Notes under the pieces: model-generated
The model's input: only the letters and a program-made list of their open reading frames with translations
Told to the model about the DNA's origin: nothing
Database searches by the model: none
NCBI GenBank assembly: GCA_964594835.1
Contig: CAZQNA010000001.1
Location: 128,001-192,000 of the forward strand
Direction of reading: 5' to 3'
Length of the DNA stretch: 64,000 nt
Origin: an uncultured Nitrososphaerota archaeon
GTDB lineage: Archaea; Korarchaeota; Korarchaeia; Korarchaeales; Korarchaeaceae
Part shown: positions 54,280 through 64,000 of the stretch, one piece after another
How positions within the stretch are numbered: position 1 is the stretch's first letter
How the letters are laid out: every line of letters starts with the position of its first letter
Made by a program: the position numbers and the translations under genes

Positions 54280-55494
54280 TCAGAGTCCGGCGGCCGCCAT
54301 GGATATGGCCATCTCTATCTGCCGCCTCAGCGCCTCCGGTATACCCTCTATCTTGACCTCCATGAACCCCCTGACGAGCATGCTCGTGGCCTCCTCCTCC
54401 GAGAACCCCCTCGACATCAGGTAGAAGATCTGGTCCTCGCTAAGCCTTCCCACGGCGGCCTCGTGGGAGAGCTGGACGTCGCTGTGTCTGGCGTCTAGGG
54501 CCGGCAGTGTCAGTATCCGGGACCGGTCCGATAGCAGGAGGCCGTCGCACTCTATGTGCCCCCTCACCCCCGGCGCCTCAGCCGATATGAGGGACCTCGC
54601 CGTCATCTCAGCCTCATCCTTGGTGACGGCCCTGGAGACTATCTCGGAGGAGGTGTTGGGAGCCTGCAGGTAGACCGTCCCCCCGACGTCCATGACCGAC
54701 CTTCCCTTGGCCACTATGACAGACGAGAGGTGGGCCCTGGCCCCCTCGCCCACCAGCCACACCCTCGGGTCGGTCTGGAGGGTCGCGGTCGGGGTCATGT
54801 TGACGTAGTGGCTTATGAACTGGCCCCCCTCCTCCACGATCACCCCCGTCCTCGGCCTCACGTGGGTCTGCTCGTCCCAGGCGTGTATCATTGTGTATGT
54901 GAGCTTCCCGCCCCCCTTGACGTAGAACTCCGACACGCCAGCGTGAAGGCCCGCCCGCTCCATCATGGTGAGGCAGCCGGTCACTACGTGAAGCTCGGCC
55001 CCCTCCTCCACCACGACCACGTTGTGAGGCGCCTGTATCGCCCCTGGCGCGGACATGAGGAGGCAGGTCTGGACGGGGGTCTCGATCCTGGCGCCCTCCT
55101 CGGCTATCACCACGTACCCCTGCCTCCGACCGAAGAGCTCCGCGGCCGCGGTGTACTTGTCGGAGTCCACCGGCACGGCCCTCCAGAGGTAGTCGTCCAC
55201 GACCCCCTCCTCTATGGCCTGCTGGAGGTTCATGACCCTGAGCCCCGGAGCCCTCACCTCGACCTCCAGGGCCTCCTCGTCCACCTGAAGGTAGGTCCCG
55301 GCGGCCCCCCTCCCCGTCGGGTCGATCCCAACGCTTGCCAGGAGGTGGGAGCTGGCCCTCAGGACCTCCTCGTAGGAGGCTGGAGCCGGGGGGATGGAGA
55401 ACCTGGTGACGTCGACGTCGGGGCCGTACCTGGCCGGCTTGTCCAAGGCTAGCTCCGCCCTCCTCCTGAGCTCCTCCAGTCTCGCCTCATTCAA
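54280..55494 (-). CDS. sufB: SufB/SufD-family Fe-S scaffold (SmsB-like)
   Basis: GHIECDGLL, LSHEAAVG, YLMSRG.SEEEA..M.VRGF. Confidence 0.9.
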   Translation of the reverse strand: MNEARLEELRRRAELALDKPARYGPDVDVTRFSIPPAPASYEEVLRASSHLLASVGIDPTGRGAAGTYLQVDEEALEVEVRAPGLRVMNLQQAIEEGVVDDYLWRAVPVDSDKYTAAAELFGRRQGYVVIAEEGARIETPVQTCLLMSAPGAIQAPHNVVVVEEGAELHVVTGCLTMMERAGLHAGVSEFYVKGGGKLTYTMIHAWDEQTHVRPRTGVIVEEGGQFISHYVNMTPTATLQTDPRVWLVGEGARAHLSSVIVAKGRSVMDVGGTVYLQAPNTSSEIVSRAVTKDEAEMTARSLISAEAPGVRGHIECDGLLLSDRSRILTLPALDARHSDVQLSHEAAVGRLSEDQIFYLMSRGFSEEEATSMLVRGFMEVKIEGIPEALRRQIEMAISMAAAGL

Positions 55495-56246
55495 AGCCTC
55501 CTCACCCCCGTGAAGATGCAGTTGATGCACCCGTCGAACCCGTACCTCTCAATGTCCCTCAGGATGGCCTGGGCGTCTCCGTAACACTTGATGACCCCGT
55601 CGACCATGATGAAGGCCCTGGAGGCCTGGAGGTACTTTGCTATGTGCCCGGTGTGCGTCACGACGAGGGCGGACCTCCTCTCTTGGGCCCTGTCCCCGTC
55701 CTCCGATACCACGCTCATTATGGATCTCCCGAGCACGGGGAGGCTGTCCAGGTCCACCCCAGAGTCGGGCTCGTCCAGGAGGGCCACCTTGGGCCTCTGA
55801 GCGGCGAGGAGCAGAACCTCGGCACGCTTCACCTCCCCTCCGCTGAAACCGGCGTGGAGGTCCCTGTCGAGCAGGTGCGCCGCGCCCATATCCTCCGCCA
55901 TCCTCACGAGTCGCTGGTAGTCGGTCCCGCTCCTCTCCGCGAGCCTCTTGAGCAGGTCCCTGAGCCTGATCCCCCTGAGCCTTGAGGGCATCTGAAACAC
56001 GGCCCCAAGACCGAGGGACGCCCTCTCGTTCGCCGGCAGGTCGGTTATGTCCCTGCCGTCCAGCAGGATCCTGCCAGACCTGACCACATACCTCGGGTTC
56101 CCCAGGAGCGTCTGGATGAGCGAGGACTTCCCGGAGCCGTTGGGTCCCAGTAGGAGGGCCACCTCGCTGGCCCCGAGCTCGAGGTCCACCCCCTTCAGGA
56201 CCTCCCTGCCTTCCACCTCGACCCTGAGGTTCTCGACCCTTAGCAT
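55491..56246 (-). CDS. sufC: SufC-type ABC ATPase (SmsC-like)
   Basis: GPNGSGKSS, GFSGGEVKR, DEPDSGVD, VTH, C-terminal CINC. Confidence 0.92.
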   Translation of the reverse strand: MLRVENLRVEVEGREVLKGVDLELGASEVALLLGPNGSGKSSLIQTLLGNPRYVVRSGRILLDGRDITDLPANERASLGLGAVFQMPSRLRGIRLRDLLKRLAERSGTDYQRLVRMAEDMGAAHLLDRDLHAGFSGGEVKRAEVLLLAAQRPKVALLDEPDSGVDLDSLPVLGRSIMSVVSEDGDRAQERRSALVVTHTGHIAKYLQASRAFIMVDGVIKCYGDAQAILRDIERYGFDGCINCIFTGVRRL

Positions 56247-56337
56247 CTGGGCCTCACCCGCTGTCCCGCTGATTAACTCAGCCCCGAATTTAACGGCGTT
56301 ATAAAAAGTTATGACCCCCCGACCGGAGGGAGGGGGA

Positions 56338-57174
56338 GTGCGAGAACTCAGGCTGGGGAGGAGGGCCTTCATCCTGGGTGCCCTGGGGGCCGCGGCCGCG
56401 GCCACGGTCTCCTACGCGAGGTTCTCCGAGCTGAACGACGTCACGGTCGAGAGGCTCGAGGTGAGACTGGGCTCGTCTGGGGCCTCGCTGAGGATCGCTC
56501 ACCTCTCGGACCTGCACCTCCACGGCGTTGGGCCGAAGGAGGAGGCCGCGCTAAGGGCCGTTGAGGCCGCCTCCCCCGGCCTGATAGCGGTTACCGGGGA
56601 TCACGTGGACGCACCGGACGGGTGGGAGCCCCTCAAGGAGTTCTACTCTGAGCTGTGCGGCATCGGCCCGGTGTACGCCGTTTTGGGGAACTGGGACCAC
56701 TGGGCCGCGGGGAGGGGTGGGCCCTCTGCCAGGCAGATCGCGGGGGCGATAGAGGCGGCGGGGGGAGTCGTGCTCACGAATCGCGGGATCCGCATCGAGT
56801 CAGAGGAGGCCTCCCTGTGGCTCGCTGGCGTAGACGACCCCCACACGGGGAGGCACGATGTCAGATCCGCCCTGGCCGAGATCGAAGGGTCCAAGGAGGA
56901 GCCAGTGGTGCTGCTGGCCCACTCCCCAGAGGTAGCGCCGGACCTCACGGGGCGTGAGGGGCTCGTACTCTGCGGGCACACCCACGGGGGACAGGTCAGG
57001 TTCCCGCTGCTGGGTCCCATCCACGTCCCATCTCGGCTCGGCAGGAGGTACGTGGCCGGACTCTATCGAGTGGGAGGGGCGTGGATGTACGTCAACAGGG
57101 GCCTTGGATGGTCGTTCGCCCCGCTCAGGCTGAACTGTCCGCCGGAGGTGACGGTCATCGACGTGAGCCTGTGA
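56338..57174 (+). CDS. YkuE-like metallophosphoesterase with Tat-like leader
   Basis: RRAFI leader; SDLH, TGD, GNWD, LAHSP, CGHTHGGQ. Confidence 0.9.
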   Translation: MRELRLGRRAFILGALGAAAAATVSYARFSELNDVTVERLEVRLGSSGASLRIAHLSDLHLHGVGPKEEAALRAVEAASPGLIAVTGDHVDAPDGWEPLKEFYSELCGIGPVYAVLGNWDHWAAGRGGPSARQIAGAIEAAGGVVLTNRGIRIESEEASLWLAGVDDPHTGRHDVRSALAEIEGSKEEPVVLLAHSPEVAPDLTGREGLVLCGHTHGGQVRFPLLGPIHVPSRLGRRYVAGLYRVGGAWMYVNRGLGWSFAPLRLNCPPEVTVIDVSL

Positions 57175-57180
57175 GGCCAG

Positions 57181-58227
57181 TCACCGCCGGGAGACCCTCA
57201 CGCTCCCGACGATGGGCACGGCGGATCCGCAGCCCGGGCACCTCCCGTCCCTCAGCCTTACCTCCAGGACCCTGGGCCCGAACCTCCTGATCAGGAGCTC
57301 GCCGCAGTCCGGGCAGTAGGTGCTCTCGAGTCTGTGACCGGGCACGTTTCCCACGTATGCGAACCTCACGCCCTCCTCTCTGGCAACCTCGCAGGCCAGC
57401 TCCAGCTTGCTGACGGGCGTCGGGGGCGCGCTGTGGCGGTGGGCCGGGAAGTACCTGGTGAAGTGGATGGGCGTGTCTCCGTCCCTCAGACGCGCCGCGA
57501 GCCTGGCGGCGGCCCTGAGGTCCTCCACGCGGTCGTTCACCCCGGGGATGACGAGGTAGACGAGTTCTACGTGGACCCCCATCTCGACGGCCAGATCGGC
57601 GTTCCTCCACGGGACCCTCCAGTCCGCCCCTGGCGCGTAGACGGCGTAGGCCCGCTCTCCCCCCTTGATGTCTATCTTCAGCCCGTTCAAACCGGCCTCA
57701 ACTAGGCGCTCCAGGGCCTCGGAGGTCATGTACCCGTTGGAGACGTACGTGCAGTACAGCCCCCTCTCCCTCGCGAGCCTGAACAGGTCGAGGGAGTACT
57801 CGAAGAGCATGGTGGGCTCGTTGAAGCTGACGCAAACCCCCTCATCCCCCAGGGCGAAGGCAGTCTTTACTACGTCCTCCGGGGGGACGTACCTGGGGTT
57901 CTCTGGCGGATCGACCTGGCTGAGGTGCCAGTTCTGGCACCACGGGCACCTGAAGTTGCAGCCCCAGGTCGAGATCGTGGTGGCGCTCGAGCCCGGCCAG
58001 AAGTGGTAGAAGGGCTTGATCTCGATTGGCCTGCTCTCCAGGGCGCTCAGCGCGCCGTAGACCCTCGTGTACAAGGCGCCCTCCCGATTGAGCCTGGTTT
58101 GGCAGAGCCCCACCTGGCCCGGCCGAAGGACGCACCTCCTCTCGCAGACCAAGCACCTGACCGCGCCGCCCGAGAGCCGCTCGTATAGGGGCGACTCCCT
58201 CAGGGTCGGGCGGCCGACCTCACTCAT
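57181..58227 (-). CDS. amrS: AmmeMemoRadiSam radical SAM enzyme
   Basis: CLVCERRC, PIEIKPFYHF.PG, GCNFRCPWCQNW, NEP, YVGNVPG, TYCP.CG. Confidence 0.92.
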   Translation of the reverse strand: MSEVGRPTLRESPLYERLSGGAVRCLVCERRCVLRPGQVGLCQTRLNREGALYTRVYGALSALESRPIEIKPFYHFWPGSSATTISTWGCNFRCPWCQNWHLSQVDPPENPRYVPPEDVVKTAFALGDEGVCVSFNEPTMLFEYSLDLFRLARERGLYCTYVSNGYMTSEALERLVEAGLNGLKIDIKGGERAYAVYAPGADWRVPWRNADLAVEMGVHVELVYLVIPGVNDRVEDLRAAARLAARLRDGDTPIHFTRYFPAHRHSAPPTPVSKLELACEVAREEGVRFAYVGNVPGHRLESTYCPDCGELLIRRFGPRVLEVRLRDGRCPGCGSAVPIVGSVRVSRR

Positions 58228-58897
58228 CGCCGGTCAGGGAGATGCGGAGCTCCACCTTCTTAATGTCCCTCGGGACGCCCTTGAGGGTCCTGAGGTAGGC
58301 CAGCGCCAGCTCCCGCAGCTGGCGCTCCACGAACCTCACGAGCCCGACGGGCCTGTCGTTGACCCTCAGGACGGTGGGCTTGGGCTCCCCCGGGGGGCAG
58401 AAGACGTCCTCACCCCCGGCGGCGGCCCTGAGGTAGTCGAAGCAGGTCTCGAAGCCGCACTCCCCGCAGTTGAGCCAGGCGGGGTAGATGGGCAGGTCCG
58501 CTATGAAGGCGCCCAGCTCCCCCATGGGCACGAACCTGAGGCCTTCGACGTCTATCTTCCTCCTCGAGGTGACAGCCACCGTCAGCTCGTCGGCCAGCCC
58601 CCAGGCCTCGCCCTCTCCCTCGACGGCGAGTATCCTGAGGGCCAGCGGCGAGGTGAGCCCCACGAGGATCGCGTGGTCGCAGGCCTCGGATCCCGCGATC
58701 AGGGTGAGCGGGTCGACCTCCGCCGCCCTGTGCTCGAGCACCGCCCCGCGCTGCAGGACCATCCTCTTCACGACGCCCCTCGGCAGAGGCTCGAGATCCC
58801 CGCCCTCCACCAGGCACGTGGAGCCCAGCTGGGCCGCGGCCTCGAGGGCGGCCTCCTCGGCCAGGGACCCGACGATCGAGACCACTCTGGTGGGCAT
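58220..58897 (-). CDS. MobB-like protein with FeS domain; P-loop degenerate
   Basis: NCGECGFETC...C; C-terminal L.VN..PV.L..FV...L......TLKGV as in archaeal MobB. Confidence 0.7.
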   Translation of the reverse strand: MPTRVVSIVGSLAEEAALEAAAQLGSTCLVEGGDLEPLPRGVVKRMVLQRGAVLEHRAAEVDPLTLIAGSEACDHAILVGLTSPLALRILAVEGEGEAWGLADELTVAVTSRRKIDVEGLRFVPMGELGAFIADLPIYPAWLNCGECGFETCFDYLRAAAGGEDVFCPPGEPKPTVLRVNDRPVGLVRFVERQLRELALAYLRTLKGVPRDIKKVELRISLTGDE

Positions 58898-59018
58898 CTC
58901 CCCGGCCTGCAGGGTGTCGGTAATTATGGTTCGGGAGTGGGGCTTCACCACCCGGCCTCTCGTTAACGTTTATCCCATGTCCCCGACCGCAGCCAGGGGT
59001 GCCCGATTGGATCCTAAG

Positions 59019-60326
59019 ATGGCTTACGAGAGGATATTCTCCCTCCTGGAGGAGCATCACGCCTGGTTTGACTCCTCGATCCCCCTCATAGCCAGCGAGA
59101 ACGTGACCAGCTACGCGGTGCGGGAGGCGCTGCTGTCGGACTTCGGCCACAGATACGCCGAGGGCTGGGTGGGCGAGCGCGTCTACGCCGGCTGCAGGTA
59201 CATCGACCAGGTGGAGCAGCTGGCCATGGACCTGATGAAGGACATCTTCAGGGTCAGACACGCGGACGTCAGGCCGATCAGCGGCGTCATGGCGAACCTT
59301 GCCGTGTACACCGCCTTCACCCAGCCGGGAGACGTTATGATGGCCCTCCCCATCACGAAGGGCGGCCACATAAGCATGGGCCCGCTATACGGGAAGAAGG
59401 GGACAAGGATAGGCGGGACCGCAGGGGCGGTCCACGGCCTGAGGGTGGAGTACATCGCGTTCAACGACGAGGAGTTCAACATCGACGTCGACAGGACCAT
59501 CAAGAGGGTCGAGAAGTACAAGCCCAAGCTGGTCATGTTCGGCGCCTCCGAGATCCTGTTCCCGCAGCCCGTTCGGGAGATAGCGGAGGTGGCCCACTCC
59601 CTCGGGGCCCACGTGAACTACGACGCCGCCCACGTGGCCGGCCTCATCGGTGCCGGGAGGTTCCAGGACCCCATCCGGGAGGGCGCCGACACCATGACCA
59701 TGAGCACCCACAAGACGCTGCCTGGGCCCCAGCACGGGGCCGTGGTGACCAACGACGACGAGAAGTTCGAGCTGATCAAGCAGGCCTGCTTCCCCGGCCT
59801 GCTCAGCAACCACCACCTGAACGCCGTCGCCGCCCTTGCCGTGGCGCTGGCGGAGCTGAAGGCCTTCGGGGAGGCCTACGTGGATCAGATCCTCAGGAAC
59901 GCCAAGGCCCTGGCCCAGGCCCTCTACGACCAGGGATTCAAGGTGCTGGGCGAGAAGAGGGGCTTCACCGAGAGCCACCAGGTGATGGTGGAGGTCGCAG
60001 ACCTGGGAGGCGGGATGTGGGCCGAGAAGACGCTGGAGGAGGCGAACATCATCGTCAACCGGAACCTCCTGCCCTGGGACATCAAGATGGGCAGGAGCTT
60101 CATAGACCCCGGCGGAATCCGCCTGGGGACGTCGGAGGTCACGAGGCTCGGGATGAAGGAGGGTGACATGGAGGAGATAGCCAAGTTCTTCAAGAGGGCC
60201 CTGATAGACAAGGAAGATCCCAAGAAGGTCGCCAAGGACGTGGCGGAGTTCAGGAGGAACTTCAGGCACATACACTACGCCTTTGAGAGCGCGAAGGAGG
60301 CCTACGCCTACATCAGGCTGAGGTGA
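59019..60326 (+). CDS. glyA: Serine hydroxymethyltransferase
   Basis: LIASEN, YAEG, GGHIS, YDAAHV.GLI, STHKTLPGP, GIRLGT. Confidence 0.96.
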   Translation: MAYERIFSLLEEHHAWFDSSIPLIASENVTSYAVREALLSDFGHRYAEGWVGERVYAGCRYIDQVEQLAMDLMKDIFRVRHADVRPISGVMANLAVYTAFTQPGDVMMALPITKGGHISMGPLYGKKGTRIGGTAGAVHGLRVEYIAFNDEEFNIDVDRTIKRVEKYKPKLVMFGASEILFPQPVREIAEVAHSLGAHVNYDAAHVAGLIGAGRFQDPIREGADTMTMSTHKTLPGPQHGAVVTNDDEKFELIKQACFPGLLSNHHLNAVAALAVALAELKAFGEAYVDQILRNAKALAQALYDQGFKVLGEKRGFTESHQVMVEVADLGGGMWAEKTLEEANIIVNRNLLPWDIKMGRSFIDPGGIRLGTSEVTRLGMKEGDMEEIAKFFKRALIDKEDPKKVAKDVAEFRRNFRHIHYAFESAKEAYAYIRLR

Positions 60327-60344
60327 GGGCTCGGCCGGTCTTCG

Positions 60345-60545
60345 CTATCCCTCCCTCTCCTCTTTCTTCGCCCCATCGTCCCCGACCTCCACCTCTATCT
60401 CCCCGTATATCTGCCCCCTGTACCCACAGTCCGGGCACACCCAGATCTCAGGCGTGAGCCATCCCGAGAGGGGGGACTCCTTCCTCAACTTCGTGCTGCC
60501 ACAGATGGGGCAAACCCTAACCCTCTGCGTCTTTCGCTTGCCCAT
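60345..60545 (-). CDS. Small Zn-ribbon protein
   Basis: CPICGS...CPDCGY.G. Confidence 0.8.
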   Translation of the reverse strand: MGKRKTQRVRVCPICGSTKLRKESPLSGWLTPEIWVCPDCGYRGQIYGEIEVEVGDDGAKKEEREG

Positions 60546-60551
60546 CTATCG

Positions 60552-61334
60552 TCACCACAGCGGCGGACCCCTCTTCTCCTTCGTTGGCTCGAATCGAGGC
60601 AGCCTCGGAGATATGGGCAGTGGAACCTCCTTGACGCCCTCGGGCAGGGTCACCACGAGGTAGGTCTCCGTTCCAAACCTTATCCCGCCGAAGTCGGCGG
60701 AGAAGGTGTAGGGGTAGAAGAAGAACAGGTCCTTGGGGACGGTGGGGTCGTGCGGCAGCTCGACCCTGATCGCCGTCTCCCCGGCGAGCGTGCCGGAGTC
60801 GCCCGGGGCGAGGGTCCAGGTGTACTCCCTCCTCTCGCCGTCCACCTCGAGCCACTCCTTCACCACCAGCTCGGCCGTCACGTCCTCGGGGGCCACGCCC
60901 TCGACCTTGATTCTGCCGAGGAGTTCGTCGTCGGGGTGGAACCTCCGACTGTTCAGGATCAGCCAGCCCAGGTCAGCCTCTACCTCATCCGGAATCGGGG
61001 GGAGGACCTTTATCCGCAGGGTCGACCTCGGGAACAGGATCTTCCCACCCAGCCGGGGGACCCCAAAGGTTATCGACCACCTCACCTTGTGCGCCCTTGT
61101 GGAGATGGTGGGCGGAAGCCCTTCTGGGTAGCGTATCTCGAACCTCCCGGGCTCGAGCCAGAAGGACTCCTTGTAGAGCAGCCTCGCGCTGGGGATCGCC
61201 TCCCCCCTCGTCAGGAGGGTCGACGCCATCCACACCGAAAACACGGCGTAGACCCTGTCGCCTTCGACCACCCCGGTTATGGGCTCGCCCAGTCTGATGA
61301 CGCTCCTCTCCACCCTAACGCTGGCCCGCGGCAT
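60552..61334 (-). CDS. Hypothetical protein, probable tandem arrestin-like beta-sandwich
   Basis: LGEPITG, FEIRYPEGLPPT...VRWSI; second repeat FHPDDELLG...VELP...PYTF. Confidence 0.55.
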   Translation of the reverse strand: MPRASVRVERSVIRLGEPITGVVEGDRVYAVFSVWMASTLLTRGEAIPSARLLYKESFWLEPGRFEIRYPEGLPPTISTRAHKVRWSITFGVPRLGGKILFPRSTLRIKVLPPIPDEVEADLGWLILNSRRFHPDDELLGRIKVEGVAPEDVTAELVVKEWLEVDGERREYTWTLAPGDSGTLAGETAIRVELPHDPTVPKDLFFFYPYTFSADFGGIRFGTETYLVVTLPEGVKEVPLPISPRLPRFEPTKEKRGPPLW

Positions 61335-61992
61335 CCAGCAGCACCTCCACCACGTACGTGTCCCTCAGGATGTTGGGCTTCTTGATCACGCGGATCCCCT
61401 CGTAGTCCGTCTTGAAGAGATGGAGCTTGTGCTTCTTGGGATTGAGATCGTGCTCCTTGATAACCTGGGCCAGCTTCCTGATCAGGCGGTTCACGGTCTC
61501 CCGGAGGATCTTGTCGCGACCGGGCCTCTTGGCGAACTCCTGGATGTAGAACTCCTCGAGCTTGACGAGGCTGTACCACCTCAGGAAGAAGACGACGTAG
61601 AGTATGCCGGTTGAGGTGTAAAGGAGCCAGGGGGCCCAGTCCTTTCCGAGCGTCACCACGATCAGGCTGACCATGAATCCGAGCAGGGCGATCCTGAGGA
61701 GGAACCTGACCACCAGGAACACGGCCGACCATTTTCTGGCTACTGGGTCAATAGCGGGAAGATTGATCACGTAATCCGCGGTCTTCTCAAACTTCTTCCT
61801 CAAACCCCCCGCGAAGACGTCGGTCAACTCCTTTGCCCGGCGGTCCATAACGTCTCTTATCCTGCGTAGGTCAGTATTTCGGCCAACTCTATAACCGTCT
61901 GCCGCCTCTATTAGCAAAGCAATGTCCTCAGCAAGCTCCTTGTGCGGTTTCTTTGCACGCAGCTTCAACCCATCACCACCGCTCTCCAGCAC
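61315..61992 (-). CDS. Hypothetical membrane protein (2 TM)
   Basis: Two hydrophobic segments; basic C-terminal domain; overlaps the next gene. Confidence 0.7.
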   Translation of the reverse strand: MLESGGDGLKLRAKKPHKELAEDIALLIEAADGYRVGRNTDLRRIRDVMDRRAKELTDVFAGGLRKKFEKTADYVINLPAIDPVARKWSAVFLVVRFLLRIALLGFMVSLIVVTLGKDWAPWLLYTSTGILYVVFFLRWYSLVKLEEFYIQEFAKRPGRDKILRETVNRLIRKLAQVIKEHDLNPKKHKLHLFKTDYEGIRVIKKPNILRDTYVVEVLLDAAGQR

Positions 61993-62134
61993 CCGTCAGC
62001 GGCTCACTAAAACGTTTCATGGAGGCTGGGCGGGTCATCTTGTCGAAAGAGTTTTAATATAGACTTTCGTTGAGGGATTCAGCCGTATCTTACGGCATAA
62101 GTCGAACATAGGGGTTGTAGGGGGGTGTATTGCG

Positions 62135-63841
62135 ATGTCTGAGACCCCGACCCTGTTCGTAAGGAGGGCTTCAGGGCTGGTCAGGACAGTGGGTCCCTTC
62201 ACGGCCTTCATGATAGTCTTCACGCACACCGTCGGCGGAGGCATCCACAAGCTGGCGATCATCGCGGCCTACGCTCACCCCGACGCCTTCGTGCCCTTCT
62301 CGTTCCTGGTTACGGGCATCCTCGCCATGATCCCGACCGCCCTCGTCTACACCATGCTGGGCTCCATGATGCCCAGGACCGGCGGCGACTACATCTTCAT
62401 CACCAGGGGTCTGAGCCCCGCCCTGGGCTTCCTAGCCTCCTGGGGATTCTGGTTCACTGAGGTGCTGAGCTACGGAATTATAGCGTGGTACAGCATCGAC
62501 TTCTTCGTCAGCGCCGCCACGGCGGCCGGTATCGCCCTGAAGAGCGAGGCCTGGCTCGCGAGGGCCCAGTGGATGGCCAGCACCGAGGGACACTGGGTGC
62601 TGGGCCTGCTGTTCGTCATAGTGTTCGGAGCCATAGCCCTCTTCGGAATGAAGATCTACGGCTGGATCATCAACGTCCTGGGAGTCATCGCGATCATAGG
62701 TTGTCTCAGCAACCTGCTCATCCTCGGCGCCTGGGGCGGCAACACCGTCGCTGGGTGGAACTCCATCTACGGCTCTGGGGCCTATGAGAAGATAGTCGAA
62801 GAGGCCTTCAGGCTCGGCATTCAGAACGGAGACCTGCCCGTCGCCGCATTCACCTGGGGCGGCACGATGAAGGCCAGCATAGGCGCCATCTGGGCCTACA
62901 TCGGCATCGTGTCCGCCGTGTTCGTCGGCGGTGAGCTGAAGTCCCCGGCCCTGTCCCTGCTCGTGGCTCAGGTTGTCGGCACCCTCATCATCATGGCCTA
63001 CTACATCGCCCTGCCGTTCCTCGTCTACGGCGCCTGGAGGGTGCCTGAGTCCGTAATCCCGGCCGACGGCCTCGCCTACCTCAGGGCCAACGGCATACCC
63101 ACCGATAGGGTGTACTTCACCGCGCTCTACGCGTACCTGATGGACAAGCTGGGAGCCGACGGGGTGGCTCAGCTGCTCGGCGTGCCGTCCAGCTGGCTGC
63201 TGCCCCACAAGGTCATCACCAGCTTCACAATCCCGCTCGTCCCGAAGGGCATGGAGTGGCTCCAGGTGCTCAACGGCACCATAGTCGGCATCATCCTGCT
63301 GAAGGACATCCCGGCGTTCTTCGTCGTCGCCAGCAGGATGGTCTTCGCCTGGGCGTTCGACAGGTTCTTCCCGGAGGTCTTCGCCTCGGTCAACGAGAGG
63401 TTCCACAGCCCGCACTGGGCCATCATCCTCACGATGATAGGAGGCATCGTGGGCGTCTGGCTCACCGCCCAGGGTGACTGGGCCGCCGCCGCGGACACGA
63501 CCAACCTGTACCAGTTCGCCGTCATGATGGCCTCGTTGGCAGCCGCGGTCCTGCCGTTCCTCAGGTCTGACCTCTACGAGAAGGCTCCGTACAAGTGGGA
63601 GATCGGCGGGATCCCGATCCTCAGCATCATAGGCGCCTACGCGTTCGCTGTGAACTTCTTCTTCTTCTTCGTCGCCACCCACGAGATCTTCTACTACTTC
63701 GGCGGCTTCAGGCTGATGATCGCTCTGCACCAGGCCTTCTGGATGGGTCTCGGCGCCTTCATCTTCATGGGCTTCCTGGCGTACAACCAGAGGCGTGGAA
63801 TCGACGTGAGAACCATCTACACCGAGATCCCGCCCGCCTGA
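62135..63841 (+). CDS. APC family amino-acid permease
   Basis: LFVRRASGLVR, MPRTGGDY, SRMVFAWAFDR.FP, C-terminal EIPP. Confidence 0.93.
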   Translation: MSETPTLFVRRASGLVRTVGPFTAFMIVFTHTVGGGIHKLAIIAAYAHPDAFVPFSFLVTGILAMIPTALVYTMLGSMMPRTGGDYIFITRGLSPALGFLASWGFWFTEVLSYGIIAWYSIDFFVSAATAAGIALKSEAWLARAQWMASTEGHWVLGLLFVIVFGAIALFGMKIYGWIINVLGVIAIIGCLSNLLILGAWGGNTVAGWNSIYGSGAYEKIVEEAFRLGIQNGDLPVAAFTWGGTMKASIGAIWAYIGIVSAVFVGGELKSPALSLLVAQVVGTLIIMAYYIALPFLVYGAWRVPESVIPADGLAYLRANGIPTDRVYFTALYAYLMDKLGADGVAQLLGVPSSWLLPHKVITSFTIPLVPKGMEWLQVLNGTIVGIILLKDIPAFFVVASRMVFAWAFDRFFPEVFASVNERFHSPHWAIILTMIGGIVGVWLTAQGDWAAAADTTNLYQFAVMMASLAAAVLPFLRSDLYEKAPYKWEIGGIPILSIIGAYAFAVNFFFFFVATHEIFYYFGGFRLMIALHQAFWMGLGAFIFMGFLAYNQRRGIDVRTIYTEIPPA

Positions 63842-63847
63842 GGGATC

Positions 63848-63870
63848 TCCCCCCTCCTTTTTCCCTTTTT
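63848..63870 (+). terminator. U-rich terminator candidate
   Basis: CCTCCTTTTTCCCTTTTT after the stop. Confidence 0.55.
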
Positions 63871-64000
63871 GGCTGCTTTCATCCCCTGGAGTGTCTTGTC
63901 TGACATCCGAATTGCCCCCTCACACACTTCAACCTTTATTTGGGTCGGAGTTGGTTTAGCGGCCCCGACGATAGGGAGAGGTGGGTTGTGTTGGAGAGTT

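Noticed and set aside
1-64000. tRNA, rRNA, CRISPR arrays, integrases or transposases
   Set aside because: None recognisable by eye; a tRNAscan-SE/Infernal run would be needed to exclude them fully.

Overview
GC-rich archaeal chromosomal segment. GGTGA/GAGGTG Shine-Dalgarno motifs, TATA-like boxes, AGG/ATA codon bias and gene content suggest a thermophilic TACK-type archaeon; the lineage is an inference. It is densely coding, with about 57 CDS. I saw no rRNA, tRNA, CRISPR or transposase. Main blocks in order: apgM 3' end, cinA-like and Lhr helicase; a three-gene SMC5/6-like operon (hinge-less SMC, Nse4-like kleisin, MAGE/Nse1/3-like KITE) head-to-head with two uncharacterised putative DNA-binding genes; gdhA; a Yip1-TmcA(Nat10)-ASCH operon flanked by C/D-box guide RNAs, one of which appears to target 23S U2552 and A2577; Mo/W-cofactor genes; a second Lhr with a phosphoesterase; a complete archaeal type IV pilus locus with a Cys-rich minor pilin and a poly-Gly pilin-like protein; PqqD, tatC/tatA, SSB and fumarate hydratase; feoAB with a DtxR box; a Tat-exported PsrABC-like oxidoreductase with maturation genes; argS, SufBC/SMS, amrS, glyA, an arrestin-fold operon and an APC permease. 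Best leads: the SMC5/6-like locus, the ac4C writer/ASCH pair, the Cys-rich pilin, the A-loop guide RNA and apparent CTG initiation. All calls come from reading motifs by eye; no database searches were run.
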